DNA of 26,480 bases, taken from contig SHMW01000066.1 of assembly GCA_008080735.1 (NCBI GenBank), positions 1 through 26,480 on the forward strand. The letters are read 5' to 3'. Source of the DNA: Promethearchaeota archaeon. Its GTDB lineage: Archaea; Asgardarchaeota; Lokiarchaeia; Sigyniarchaeales; SOKP01. A program made the translations under genes and the position numbers. The notes beneath the pieces are model-generated. The model was not told where the DNA came from and made no database searches. It saw only the letters and a list, made by a program, of their open reading frames with translations. Shown here one piece after another: positions 1 to 9,405 of the stretch; the stretch's first letter is position 1, and each line of letters begins with the position of its first letter.

Positions 1-122
1 AATTCTTGATATATAAAAACATTAAAGTATTGATTTTCGACCGCCCATGCAAGTTCACCAGAGAAACTGAGCATTATTATGGACCATAATGTCCGCCTTG
101 AAACTTCATTCTTTTTTGACAT
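1..122 (-). CDS. MFS transporter, N-terminus only (runs off the window)
   Basis: Manual translation from ATG at 122: MSKKNEVSRRTLWSIIMLSFSGELAWAVENQYFNVFIYQE. The 'G-x-LAWAVENQYFN' first helix is typical of an MFS family. Not in the ORF track. Confidence 0.75.
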   Translation of the reverse strand, partial: MSKKNEVSRRTLWSIIMLSFSGELAWAVENQYFNVFIYQE

Positions 123-220
123 AATATCATCTTCGTTGAAGTGAAATATAAAACTAACTATGTATGTTAAAAAAGATTTAAAATTATAAAGGTTTGTTAA
201 TAAGAATAAGGAATATAGAA

Positions 221-550
221 GGACAGCTGAGATTTATACCCACCTTTCTGTACAGTCTCCGTCGCCAGAACACTGTTGAGGCATCAAACTAAGCGACCTA
301 CCTAAAGCTGGCTCCAAGTCCCTATGCTTTCATTTGGTCTTGCACCAAGGTTTCAGCTCGTTTCAACCACTCCTTCACATCATTTCATTGGCTTAATTCC
401 AAATCATTAATATCGATATGAAGGCGGTGCCGTTTCTATTACTGAAATATGGTTTTCACCATCATGGATTCCTCCATGCCTTGCTTGGAGTGTGAGGTGA
501 GGTTCCTCAGCGAGTCATTGCCCACCGTCAGCCCCAAATCTCATCTGTCA
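221..550 (-). ncRNA. rnpB: RNase P RNA, archaeal type A
   Basis: Minus strand shows P1 (GACAGAUGAGAUUU / AAAUCUCAGCUGUC), P2 (GGGGC/GCCUC), P3 (CGGUGGG/CUCGCUG), CR-I GAGGAACCUCACCU and CR-V ACAGAAAGGUGGGU forming P4 with a bulged U, CR-II AUAGAAAC, CR-III UUGAAACG, and a P19-like hairpin with a GCGA tetraloop. The region is GC-rich relative to its flanks. Confidence 0.93.
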
Positions 551-676
551 ATTGAATATAATTTTAGATAAAATAAATTTTTTTTCATACGAAGATTCTT
601 TCGATAAAATTTTAAATTGATTCTATAATTATTAGTTTTATTATTTTGGATATACACACAATTGGGGATTAATTTA

Positions 677-1546
677 ATGAAGGGAGAAACAATTTCTTTT
701 TTGGTCATTTTACTCACCTATGCGGTAGCTTTTATTTCAGCGTTTCTAGCTGGGATTTATATACAATTTTTACATCCTTTAATAATTGTACTGATCTGTG
801 ATGTAGTAGCAACTTTAGTGGTATATATCTTTAGCTCGATTTATGATAACGCGAGCCTTTACGATCCCTATTGGAGTGTCGGACCTATCTTCATTGCATT
901 TTATTTTTTCATCATTAATCCATTTTCTGGAAGCTTAATCAGAAAAATTTGGGTCCTATCATTAACTTTTTTATGGGGAATGCGATTAACCTGGAACTGG
1001 GCAGAGAACTGGCAGGGTTTAGAAGACGAAGATTGGAGATATCGCATGTACAGAAATAACAATCCCAAACTTTTCTGGCTAGTTAACCTTTTCGGAATTC
1101 AACTAATGCCAACTATATTGGTTTATTTAGGATGTTTGTCGTTATATCCATCCTTAGTTGAGAGTGGGAGTTATTTCTCCTATTTAGATGTATTTGCAAT
1201 TTCAATAACATTATTAGCGATACTCGTTGAAAGTGTGGCAGATAAACAGCTCAAGAAGTTCATTGAAGAACGAGAAAGCCACAAAAAGATTATGAAAGAA
1301 GGGATATGGAAATATTCAAGACATCCGAACTATTTTGGAGAGATTTTATTTTGGTGGGGTTTATATTCCTTTGCGCTTGCTTCAAATTTAAATTTCTGGT
1401 GGACTATCATCGGCCCAATCTCTATCACTCTCTTATTTATTTTTATAAGCATTCCTCTTATGGACGAAAGAAATCTTAATCGTCGTCCCCAATATAAGGA
1501 GTACATGGAAAAAACATCTAAACTTGTTCCATGGAGAAAAAGATAA
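677..1546 (+). CDS. DUF1295 / steroid 5-alpha-reductase-like membrane protein
   Basis: Multi-TM protein with YDPYWS, EDWRY, ADKQL and WKYSRHPNYFGEILFWWG motifs. ATG at 677 preferred over TTG at 662. Confidence 0.9.
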   Translation: MKGETISFLVILLTYAVAFISAFLAGIYIQFLHPLIIVLICDVVATLVVYIFSSIYDNASLYDPYWSVGPIFIAFYFFIINPFSGSLIRKIWVLSLTFLWGMRLTWNWAENWQGLEDEDWRYRMYRNNNPKLFWLVNLFGIQLMPTILVYLGCLSLYPSLVESGSYFSYLDVFAISITLLAILVESVADKQLKKFIEERESHKKIMKEGIWKYSRHPNYFGEILFWWGLYSFALASNLNFWWTIIGPISITLLFIFISIPLMDERNLNRRPQYKEYMEKTSKLVPWRKR

Positions 1547-1589
1547 TGTTTCCGTAAAAGTAATTTCAAATTCAGTTACAGTCATGATT

Positions 1590-1934
1590 CTACTCAAACC
1601 ATTCATAATATCCTAAGATATTTCTTTCTGAATCCCGAACCGCGATTAAATACGCCGGTTTCCCGGTTTCGTCTGAATTGTAAATATAGACCCGGTCTTT
1701 ACCTTTCTTTATTTCATCATATGCGTTTTGGATAATCTGATGACTTTTTTCGTTTTTATGGCATGCAAATATCGAATTTCCCTCTCTTAATTGAGGGGAG
1801 GAATTTGAGTACTTTTCTCGAGCAAATTTGTTTGCTAAAAGGATTTTATGATTATTATCAATAATAACTATTTCTGCCGGTATGGATTCAATAATCCCTC
1901 GAAAAAATTCAATATTTATGTTATTTTTTCCCAT
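1590..1934 (-). CDS. Stand-alone PAS-domain protein
   Basis: 114 aa with PAS-like N-terminus (IIESIPAEIVIIDNNHKILLAN), G-x-S-I-F-A-C-H, and C-terminal 'VRDSERNILGYYE' strand. Confidence 0.8.
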   Translation of the reverse strand: MGKNNINIEFFRGIIESIPAEIVIIDNNHKILLANKFAREKYSNSSPQLREGNSIFACHKNEKSHQIIQNAYDEIKKGKDRVYIYNSDETGKPAYLIAVRDSERNILGYYEWFE

Positions 1935-2049
1935 GAAAGCATTAATATAAGAAGAGATATATTATTTTTGCGAATATCATATAAAAATAGAGAAATAAAA
2001 AGAAAAAGATATTGAGATTTCAAGTTTATATTGATTTTTAGTACAATTT

Positions 2050-4152
2050 TTAGAAAAATGCTCCTAATAGACCTGCTCCTTCCCCAATGACTAAGAATAA
2101 TCCAATAAAGATACTGGCAGTTAAAGACATTACAACCAATAAGGTGTTAATACTAGGACCTGCTGTATCTTTAAAAGGATCTCCTACTGTATCTCCGGTA
2201 ATGGATGCTTTGTGTGCATCGGTGCCTTTGCCTCCTAAATTTCCATCTTCAATCCATTTTTTCGCATTATCCCAAGCACCTCCGCTATTTGCCATAAATA
2301 TCGCAAACACGAACCCTGAAAGAATAGAACCTGCTAAGAACGCACCTAAAGAGGCAACTCCGAAAATTAATCCAACTGCTAGAGGAATTGCGATTGAAAT
2401 AATACTTGGAATTATTAGCTCCTTAAGGGCACCTTTTGTTGCAATATCAATGCATTTATTAAAATCTGCGGCAGTTTCTCCTTTTAATATTCCAGGATCT
2501 TCTTCAAATTGTCTTCGAATCTCATCGACCATCAATGCTGCGTTTCTTTGGACTGCTAAAATTAAAACGGCAGAAAATAACGCCGGAGCAACTACTCCAA
2601 TAAAAGCTCCGATTAACACTGATACATTCAATAGATTAATGTTGTTAGTAATTGCAGCACCAGCATCTTGTGAGAACGAAAATAGTAATGCTAAAACTGT
2701 GAGATTTGCTGCTCCAATTGCGTAGCCTTTTGTAATTGCTTTAGCCGTATTGCCTGCCATATCTAACCTATCTGCTTCCCGAATAACCTCTTCTCCTAAA
2801 TCGCCTTGCTCAGCAATTCCTCTGGCGTTATCACAAATAGGACCATAGGCATCATTCGAGACAATTGTTCCCACTATGGATAACATTCCAACTGCAGCAA
2901 TAGAAACACCAAATACACCCGCGGTAAATGTTCCAACTAATATAAATGGAATCAAATATGAGAAAGCCATAGCAGCTACAATCCCTAAAGCAGGGGGAAC
3001 AACACTCACGAGACCATAAGAAAATCCACTTAGAATTACAACAGCATCTCCTTCTTGAGCAGCGTGGGCCATTTCTCGAGTTGGTTTCTTATCTTCTCTT
3101 GTGTAATAATCACTCGTAAATCCAATAACTATACCACTAAAAAGACCAATCGCAGCACAAGCCCATAATGCCCATAAGAATATCACATCTTGGGGATCTG
3201 TGATAAAAATTGACAAGATTCCTACACATACAAGCGCCAAAAGAATAAATGAAATTGTGGCAATATAAGTTCCATTATTCAATAATTTGCTCGGATCTCC
3301 AGTTTTCCACCGTTTAATCGCATATATTCCAATGATAGAGGCAAATAGACCAAATGCGGAGAGAAGGATCGGTAATATCGTAAAATATATTCTATTTGTT
3401 GAGTCGTTTAAAGTAAGAAAGATAGATAAAAGCATTGCTGCCACAATAGAGGCAACATAGGAGTCAAATAAATCGCTTCCCATACCTGCGATATCTCCAA
3501 CATTATCACCAACGTTATCGGCGATAGATGCGGGATTACGTGGATCATCCTCAGGGAGATTATACTCCGCCTTTCCAACTAAATCAGCACCTACATCTGC
3601 GGTTTTCGTATAAATACCACCACCACATTTCATAAATAAAGCGATACTGCTTGCACCGAAACTAAAACCTAAAACATAAAGAGGACCTTCTGTTGGTTCA
3701 CCAAGGATCCAATATATTGCTGAAATTCCTATAAGGGCAACTCCAACAACTGCAAGACCCATGACTGTACCTCCAAAAAAGGAGATGTCAAAACCTTTTT
3801 TTGTACTAACAGTACATCCTTGTGCGGCTCTAGAGTTTGATTTTACACCAATTATCATGCCAAACCATCCAGCCCACATTGATCCAGCACATCCTATTAA
3901 ATAAGATATAACGTGTCCTATGCCCAATTCTGGAACAAAATATAAAGCAACGGCAAGAGCAATAACGAATAAAGCAAGTACTTTATATTGAACTTTTATA
4001 AAGGTTTTTGCTCCACTTTCGATGTACCCAGATACTTCTTGCATTCTTTCATTTCCTGGATCTTCTGCCATAACTAATTTGGCAAAATATAACGCAAGTA
4101 AAATTGCGACTACTCCAGATATCAATGGTAGTAATAATAATAATTTTTCCAT
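2050..4152 (-). CDS. hppA: Membrane-bound ion-translocating pyrophosphatase, predicted K+-independent
   Basis: GGGIYTK, DVGADLVGKAE, DNVGDNVGD, GGAWDNAKK and GDTVGDPFKDTAGPS motifs. GNTAKAITK has Lys at the K+-dependence position. Confidence 0.97.
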   Translation of the reverse strand: MEKLLLLLPLISGVVAILLALYFAKLVMAEDPGNERMQEVSGYIESGAKTFIKVQYKVLALFVIALAVALYFVPELGIGHVISYLIGCAGSMWAGWFGMIIGVKSNSRAAQGCTVSTKKGFDISFFGGTVMGLAVVGVALIGISAIYWILGEPTEGPLYVLGFSFGASSIALFMKCGGGIYTKTADVGADLVGKAEYNLPEDDPRNPASIADNVGDNVGDIAGMGSDLFDSYVASIVAAMLLSIFLTLNDSTNRIYFTILPILLSAFGLFASIIGIYAIKRWKTGDPSKLLNNGTYIATISFILLALVCVGILSIFITDPQDVIFLWALWACAAIGLFSGIVIGFTSDYYTREDKKPTREMAHAAQEGDAVVILSGFSYGLVSVVPPALGIVAAMAFSYLIPFILVGTFTAGVFGVSIAAVGMLSIVGTIVSNDAYGPICDNARGIAEQGDLGEEVIREADRLDMAGNTAKAITKGYAIGAANLTVLALLFSFSQDAGAAITNNINLLNVSVLIGAFIGVVAPALFSAVLILAVQRNAALMVDEIRRQFEEDPGILKGETAADFNKCIDIATKGALKELIIPSIISIAIPLAVGLIFGVASLGAFLAGSILSGFVFAIFMANSGGAWDNAKKWIEDGNLGGKGTDAHKASITGDTVGDPFKDTAGPSINTLLVVMSLTASIFIGLFLVIGEGAGLLGAFF

Positions 4153-4454
4153 TTTTTTTCACGTTTTCAATAAAGTTTTTTGTATTATTTTTTTGTTATA
4201 AAAATGTAATATTTAAACTATTAGCGAACTTCATTTAAATATTATTCATTTTTTAGTAGATATTATATAACATTTAATAAGCCAAAGTTTATAAAGTAAA
4301 TGAGATACACCCAGACTCACCCAATCTGTGTTAGGTTTTGCTAAAAAGATATTAACTGAGTATTTAAAGGAATCTGTTTTTTCCAAAAAGAGAATATGTA
4401 TTCTTCATAAAAAAAAGAAATATGGATATTAATATTGGTTAAGCATATTGAAAT

Positions 4455-5882
4455 TTATGGAGTAATACTTAGCTGATCTCTTACCTTTTTCAACTCTTCG
4501 CCGTGTAAATCATAGAAATACATAAATATCAGTGCGATAAAGCAAGCAATTGCCGGACCGACGGAAAATAATAGCTTTAATGGAAGTGAAACTAAGCCTG
4601 GATCTGTAATTCCGAAACTACTAGACCAAGGTGTATATTGAAAGGTGAAAACTACAGAGGAAATAAAGAGAATTATCGAAAATCTATGCACAAACGCATT
4701 TGTGCCGTAGAAACTAGCCGATCTCTTCATACCGCTTTCAAGCTGATCTTGATCAATAACATCACCCATAAGGATATCAAAATAAAATAGAATTCCTGAA
4801 AGTCCAAATCCAATTGCACCAGCAATTACGATTCCGAGTATATGACTTATTACGTTGTTTGACAGTAGTAAAAACAAAAGGAACGTTGATCCCATTATCA
4901 CCATCGTCAGAATAAAGCCATTTCGCATTCCATATTTTGTTCCGAGTTTTTTATGTATAGGCATGCATATTACAGCCACCAAGAAAGCAAGAATTATCGA
5001 GAAACCATAATAGAAAAAAGTCTTAAAGATTCCGAACGCGGGATTAAGGTCTGTTATACCTAAAACATATTGAACATAGAATTGGAAAATTGATGTCATT
5101 ATAGTAAGAACATACCATGTCATCATATTTGCAAGTACCAATAACAAGAAATTTTTATTTTTTAAGGTTATTTTTAGAGATTGGAAAAATTTTGGTCTGT
5201 TTTCTAATTGATCTTTTGTCTCTTTATCCTCTTTAATACCATTGAGAATGAAAAATGCTCCGATAAATAGCACTATAGCACCTACTATTGCCCCATTAAT
5301 TATATAAGTTAACTGTGCATTTTGCGGATAGAGTTGAGCTTGTTCAAAATCTGGATTAATTGGGGGTATAATAGTGGGAATGAGAAAAGCCGCCAAAATA
5401 GCGACAATCGTCAGAATTCTCAACATAATGTTAGTCTTAGACCGTTCTTCTTCTGTTGGCCACATTTCAGGGAATAAAGCTTTTACATTTACATCAAAGG
5501 CGGTATAGATTAATTCAAATAACATCATTATACCAAGAAAATAGAAAAATCTCCATTCTATGCCGATTGGTTCGAGAGGTGAGGTGAATAGGAAAATCAT
5601 CATCAGACATAATGGGATGAATGCCACCATTATAAAGAACTTTCTTTTTCCAAATTTTCCAAATTTCTTTCTATCAGAGAGATATCCCATAAGGGGATCA
5701 TTAAAGGCATTCCATAATCCCCAGATAGTATAGCCAATCCACATATATGGTGTAGGAATTCCTACAACTGCGAAATAAAAACCAAATATGGTTAGCGTAA
5801 AAAATTGATATGTCATTTGGTCTGGGAAACCATTTAAGCTAAAAAAAAGACGTAATTTTTTTGTAGATCTATCTTCACTCAT
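4455..5882 (-). CDS. MFS transporter, GPH/MelB-like family
   Basis: About 12 TM segments, WNAFNDPLMGYLSD and MGDVIDQD motifs. Confidence 0.9.
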   Translation of the reverse strand: MSEDRSTKKLRLFFSLNGFPDQMTYQFFTLTIFGFYFAVVGIPTPYMWIGYTIWGLWNAFNDPLMGYLSDRKKFGKFGKRKFFIMVAFIPLCLMMIFLFTSPLEPIGIEWRFFYFLGIMMLFELIYTAFDVNVKALFPEMWPTEEERSKTNIMLRILTIVAILAAFLIPTIIPPINPDFEQAQLYPQNAQLTYIINGAIVGAIVLFIGAFFILNGIKEDKETKDQLENRPKFFQSLKITLKNKNFLLLVLANMMTWYVLTIMTSIFQFYVQYVLGITDLNPAFGIFKTFFYYGFSIILAFLVAVICMPIHKKLGTKYGMRNGFILTMVIMGSTFLLFLLLSNNVISHILGIVIAGAIGFGLSGILFYFDILMGDVIDQDQLESGMKRSASFYGTNAFVHRFSIILFISSVVFTFQYTPWSSSFGITDPGLVSLPLKLLFSVGPAIACFIALIFMYFYDLHGEELKKVRDQLSITP

Positions 5883-5987
5883 TAAAATCTCCTAAATTAA
5901 TTTAGATAATAATTAAGAATGGATTTTTCACTATTTAAGGTTTATTTTTTCCCTATTGGAATTAGATATTTTCTGTTTTGGAAATTA

Positions 5988-7049
5988 TCAAAAGAGTGAG
6001 TAATTTTTGTTATCTTGATACCAATTAACCATTTTATTGATTCCTAATTTAGGGCTTATTTTAGGCTTCCATTTAAGCATCTCTTTGGCTTTTGATATAT
6101 CAGAAATATAGATCTTTTGGTCTGCAATTCTCCAATTTTCAAATGAATAGGGAATATTCTTATCTAAAATTTGTTCTAAAAATTTTATTAATTTAATAAT
6201 TGAAATAGCGTTATTTATTCCACCTCCGATGTTAAAAATCTCTTTTACTACATCTTTTTCCAATGTTAACTCAATAAATTTTAAAAGATCAGTAATATAG
6301 AGAAGGTCTCTTACTTGTTTGCCATTCCCAAATATTATTATTGGTTCATTCCTAAGGGTCTTTTTTATGATATGTGAGACCCATCCTTGGGCTTCCCCAC
6401 CACATTGGCGTGGTCCATATATACAGGACATTCTCAAAATTAAATAATCTATATCATAGGTGTAAGCATATTCTTGGATGTATAATTCTGAACATAGCTT
6501 AGAAGTTCCGTAGGGGGTATGTTGAGTATTGATAACCGGAAAGCTCTCAGATATTCCCTGAAATGTTGGATCTCTAAATAAATATCGAGTTTCCCCTTGG
6601 GTTATATCCAGTTCGTTCACACTCCTTCCGAAAACTTTATTGGAGGAAAAATAAAAGAATTTGGGATTTGAATTCGATAACTTGAGAGCTTCCAATAGAT
6701 TTATTGTTGCTCTTAAATTATGTTCAAAGTCCATAATTGGGTTTTTTATCGAAAAATTTACTCCTGTCTGCCCAGAAGCATGAAATATATAGTCAAAAGT
6801 ATTTTTTCGAATTAAATTTTTTATAAATTCATAATCCCTTAAATCTTTTCTAATAAATCTAATATTGGCATAACCCTTAAGAACAGTGAGATTATTCTCT
6901 AATTCTTTTTCAGAGCAATGATGAAATATGTTATCTCGTGCTAAATTATCAATAATAGTAATGTTATTTGCCTTTGTCTTAGAGGCGAAATATTCAGCTA
7001 AATAGGATCCAATAAAACCCGCTCCGCCTGTGATTAATATTTCAGTCAT
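5988..7049 (-). CDS. NAD-dependent sugar epimerase/dehydratase, CDP-paratose 2-epimerase-like
   Basis: TGGAGFIG Rossmann motif, SSNKV, YGTSK (YxxxK), RMSCIYGPRQ...QGWV, GKQVRDLL. ATG at 7049 preferred over the 7073 start. Confidence 0.88.
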   Translation of the reverse strand: MTEILITGGAGFIGSYLAEYFASKTKANNITIIDNLARDNIFHHCSEKELENNLTVLKGYANIRFIRKDLRDYEFIKNLIRKNTFDYIFHASGQTGVNFSIKNPIMDFEHNLRATINLLEALKLSNSNPKFFYFSSNKVFGRSVNELDITQGETRYLFRDPTFQGISESFPVINTQHTPYGTSKLCSELYIQEYAYTYDIDYLILRMSCIYGPRQCGGEAQGWVSHIIKKTLRNEPIIIFGNGKQVRDLLYITDLLKFIELTLEKDVVKEIFNIGGGINNAISIIKLIKFLEQILDKNIPYSFENWRIADQKIYISDISKAKEMLKWKPKISPKLGINKMVNWYQDNKNYSLF

Positions 7050-7197
7050 AATCTTAAATAATTCAGATTTCACTCCAGATTAAATTTATTGGTAAACGAA
7101 TTATTTTTCTTCAAATAGCTAAAAATTTATATCTATTTAGGTATTAGTTCTAAATCAATTACCAATAAAAAATCAAAATTCAATAAAACTTATAAAA

Positions 7198-7923
7198 ATG
7201 AGTGAATCCATCAATATAGACTTTTATAAAAAGCTCTCTTATATAGGTGGTATCCTAACTATTGCGTTTTACTTAGGTTTTTTGATTATAGCGTGGATCT
7301 TATTCCCAAACGATGCAACACCATTAGATCATTGGCTTTCCGATTTTGGAAGATATTTAGTTCCTGATGATGGAGGGGCCGTTTGGAGATGGGATGATAT
7401 CTTAGGATGGCAATCATATACCGAGTTAGGAATTGGATCCATACCTAATCCGGGAGCAATCTTTTATAATTTAGGATGTATTTTAGGAGGAGTTGGTATG
7501 GTTGCTTTCTTTACTGGTTTTCTTGCTTATAAAAACCTTAATGACAGAATTCCTAAATTAGGGACTTATGCTCTTATTATAATCGGAATCATCGGAGGAT
7601 TTGGCCTTATTCTTATTGGTATTTTTGCCGAGGATGGAATTTTCTTCTATATCAACGAGGAATTAATTAATCCGATACATCATACTGCGACTATTGTATT
7701 CTTCCTAATGTTAATTATTATTAAAGGAATAGCGGGATATTGGACTTGGAAAGTTGGATTAAATCGATTTATAGCGGTTTATGCATGGGTAATAATAATT
7801 TTAGATATTATTCTTGTTGCGACTGGTAATAATTATGCGATAATCGAATGGCTAAGCGTGTTATTAAGTCTTGCGTTAATCGGTATAATCGCTTCAGGAC
7901 TATATCTTAAAGACAAGAAATAA
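7198..7923 (+). CDS. DUF998-like membrane protein
   Basis: Hydrophobic protein with HWLSDFG, NPGAIFYNLG, IGIFAED...H and IEW patterns of the DUF998/Frag1-like family. Confidence 0.7.
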   Translation: MSESINIDFYKKLSYIGGILTIAFYLGFLIIAWILFPNDATPLDHWLSDFGRYLVPDDGGAVWRWDDILGWQSYTELGIGSIPNPGAIFYNLGCILGGVGMVAFFTGFLAYKNLNDRIPKLGTYALIIIGIIGGFGLILIGIFAEDGIFFYINEELINPIHHTATIVFFLMLIIIKGIAGYWTWKVGLNRFIAVYAWVIIILDIILVATGNNYAIIEWLSVLLSLALIGIIASGLYLKDKK

Positions 7924-7964
7924 CTCACAATTGAATTTATAATTTTTTTATTTTCTATTTTGAT

Positions 7965-8828
7965 TTATGTCAATCCAAAAGATTCGAAAATTAATTCGGA
8001 ATCTCTTATCAATTTACTTAAATACTCTTTTAAGGGTAATATATGAATCTGATGAGCAATCGCGGTTGAAGGTGCCATAAAACTTTTAGTATTATATTTA
8101 TATATCTTTTTATGAACGTTCTCACTAAAAATATCTAATTCAAGCCATTTTTTCTTAATATCTTCCGAGACGGGACATTCTCTGGTACTCATAAGTGCAG
8201 TTCCAAGACATACAGCATCGGCTCCCATTATTAATGCGCCAAGGAAGCCTCTGGCATCTCCAATTCCTCCAGCCGCGATAATTGGAATATCTAATAGTTT
8301 CTTCGCCATTGTAATGTTGATTAATGTTGTTTGGGTTAATGGATTCTTAAATCCTGTACCTTCTAAGCCTACGAGTGTCACAGCATCTGCACCTGATTCT
8401 TGAGCGGATATTGCATGCTTTAATACAACACATTTATGAAACCAAATCGCTCCAGATTCCTGAATTCGCTTTCCTATAAATTTTGCCTTATATCCCGAGG
8501 TTGTAAAGATACCTACATTTTCTTCTAAGGCAGTATTAACATATTTAAAATATCTTTTTTTTGCTTGATTTTTTTCATGAGAATTATTTAGTCTATGATG
8601 TGGGAGAGAGAGATTCACTCCAAATGGTTTATTTGTAAGGGTTTTCATTTTTTGAATCTCTTCTTTAAATTCATTTATATCTGGAAAATTGAGTGCTGCA
8701 ATAATTCCTAATCCCCCAGATTCCGAAAATTGGGAAGCAAACTCTGCTTTACCCCAGCCTCCAAAGGCAGCCATAATGAGGGGGTATCTTGTTTTAGTTA
8801 AATGAGTAAATCTCGTATTCCAGTCCAT
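7965..8828 (-). CDS. Nitronate monooxygenase / FabK-like FMN oxidoreductase
   Basis: T-N-K-P-F-G-V-N and PIIAAGGIGDARG...GADAVCLGT motifs of the FMN TIM barrel. Confidence 0.88.
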   Translation of the reverse strand: MDWNTRFTHLTKTRYPLIMAAFGGWGKAEFASQFSESGGLGIIAALNFPDINEFKEEIQKMKTLTNKPFGVNLSLPHHRLNNSHEKNQAKKRYFKYVNTALEENVGIFTTSGYKAKFIGKRIQESGAIWFHKCVVLKHAISAQESGADAVTLVGLEGTGFKNPLTQTTLINITMAKKLLDIPIIAAGGIGDARGFLGALIMGADAVCLGTALMSTRECPVSEDIKKKWLELDIFSENVHKKIYKYNTKSFMAPSTAIAHQIHILPLKEYLSKLIRDSELIFESFGLT

Positions 8829-8978
8829 AAGCTCGAATTTAATAAAAAGATAGTTATCTTTAATAGATAGTTAAATTTTAGGATAAAAAAATATAAAAGG
8901 AATACTATGTGATCTCGAAATAACATTTTATTATTGTAAGCTCTATATTAATTCTTAACAATCGTAATTCAGAATAAG

Positions 8979-9116
8979 TTAATCGTTTTTTTTCTTGATA
9001 TAATTGGGTTTATGAGTTTTTTCACACATCCGCCTTGAAGACCAATTCTCCCATATTTTATCTAAGTAATCTTCTACCTCATCATCTGATGGATCTTCCT
9101 TACTTTCCTCCTTCAT
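8979..9116 (-). CDS. Putative small protein (45 aa)
   Basis: Manual translation: MKEESKEDPSDDEVEDYLDKIWENWSSRRMCEKTHKPNYIKKKND. Purine-rich coding-like composition and a TTTTTAAA box ~25 nt upstream. Confidence 0.5.
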   Translation of the reverse strand: MKEESKEDPSDDEVEDYLDKIWENWSSRRMCEKTHKPNYIKKKND

Positions 9117-9405
9117 ATTACAATTTTAAGAATATTCATTTAAAAATAAATATATTCATTTTAATTCTCATTTTCTTGGTTTTGATTATAAACATTAACC
9201 AAATTGCTCTTCTTTCCCTCCTTACGATCAAAAATTGAGAAAAACTACAACATTTAAGTTGTGATTGAAATTCTTGATAAGTTTATAAAATTAATACACA
9301 ATTTTTATTGCCATTATTATATTTGGTAGAGTAAAATTATAAAAACCGAATAAATAGGGGATATGTATTACAAATTCAAAACAAAATGAAGAATATACTA
9401 AAGAG

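Noticed and set aside
2087-2725. 212-aa plus-strand ORF
   Set aside because: Antisense shadow of hppA.
5988-7049. Polysaccharide biosynthesis island around the epimerase
   Set aside because: The gene is isolated, with no neighbouring glycosylation genes or flanking repeats seen.
9035-9238. 67-aa plus-strand ORF from the track
   Set aside because: TTG start and low-complexity AT-derived composition; it is antisense to a more plausible small ORF.
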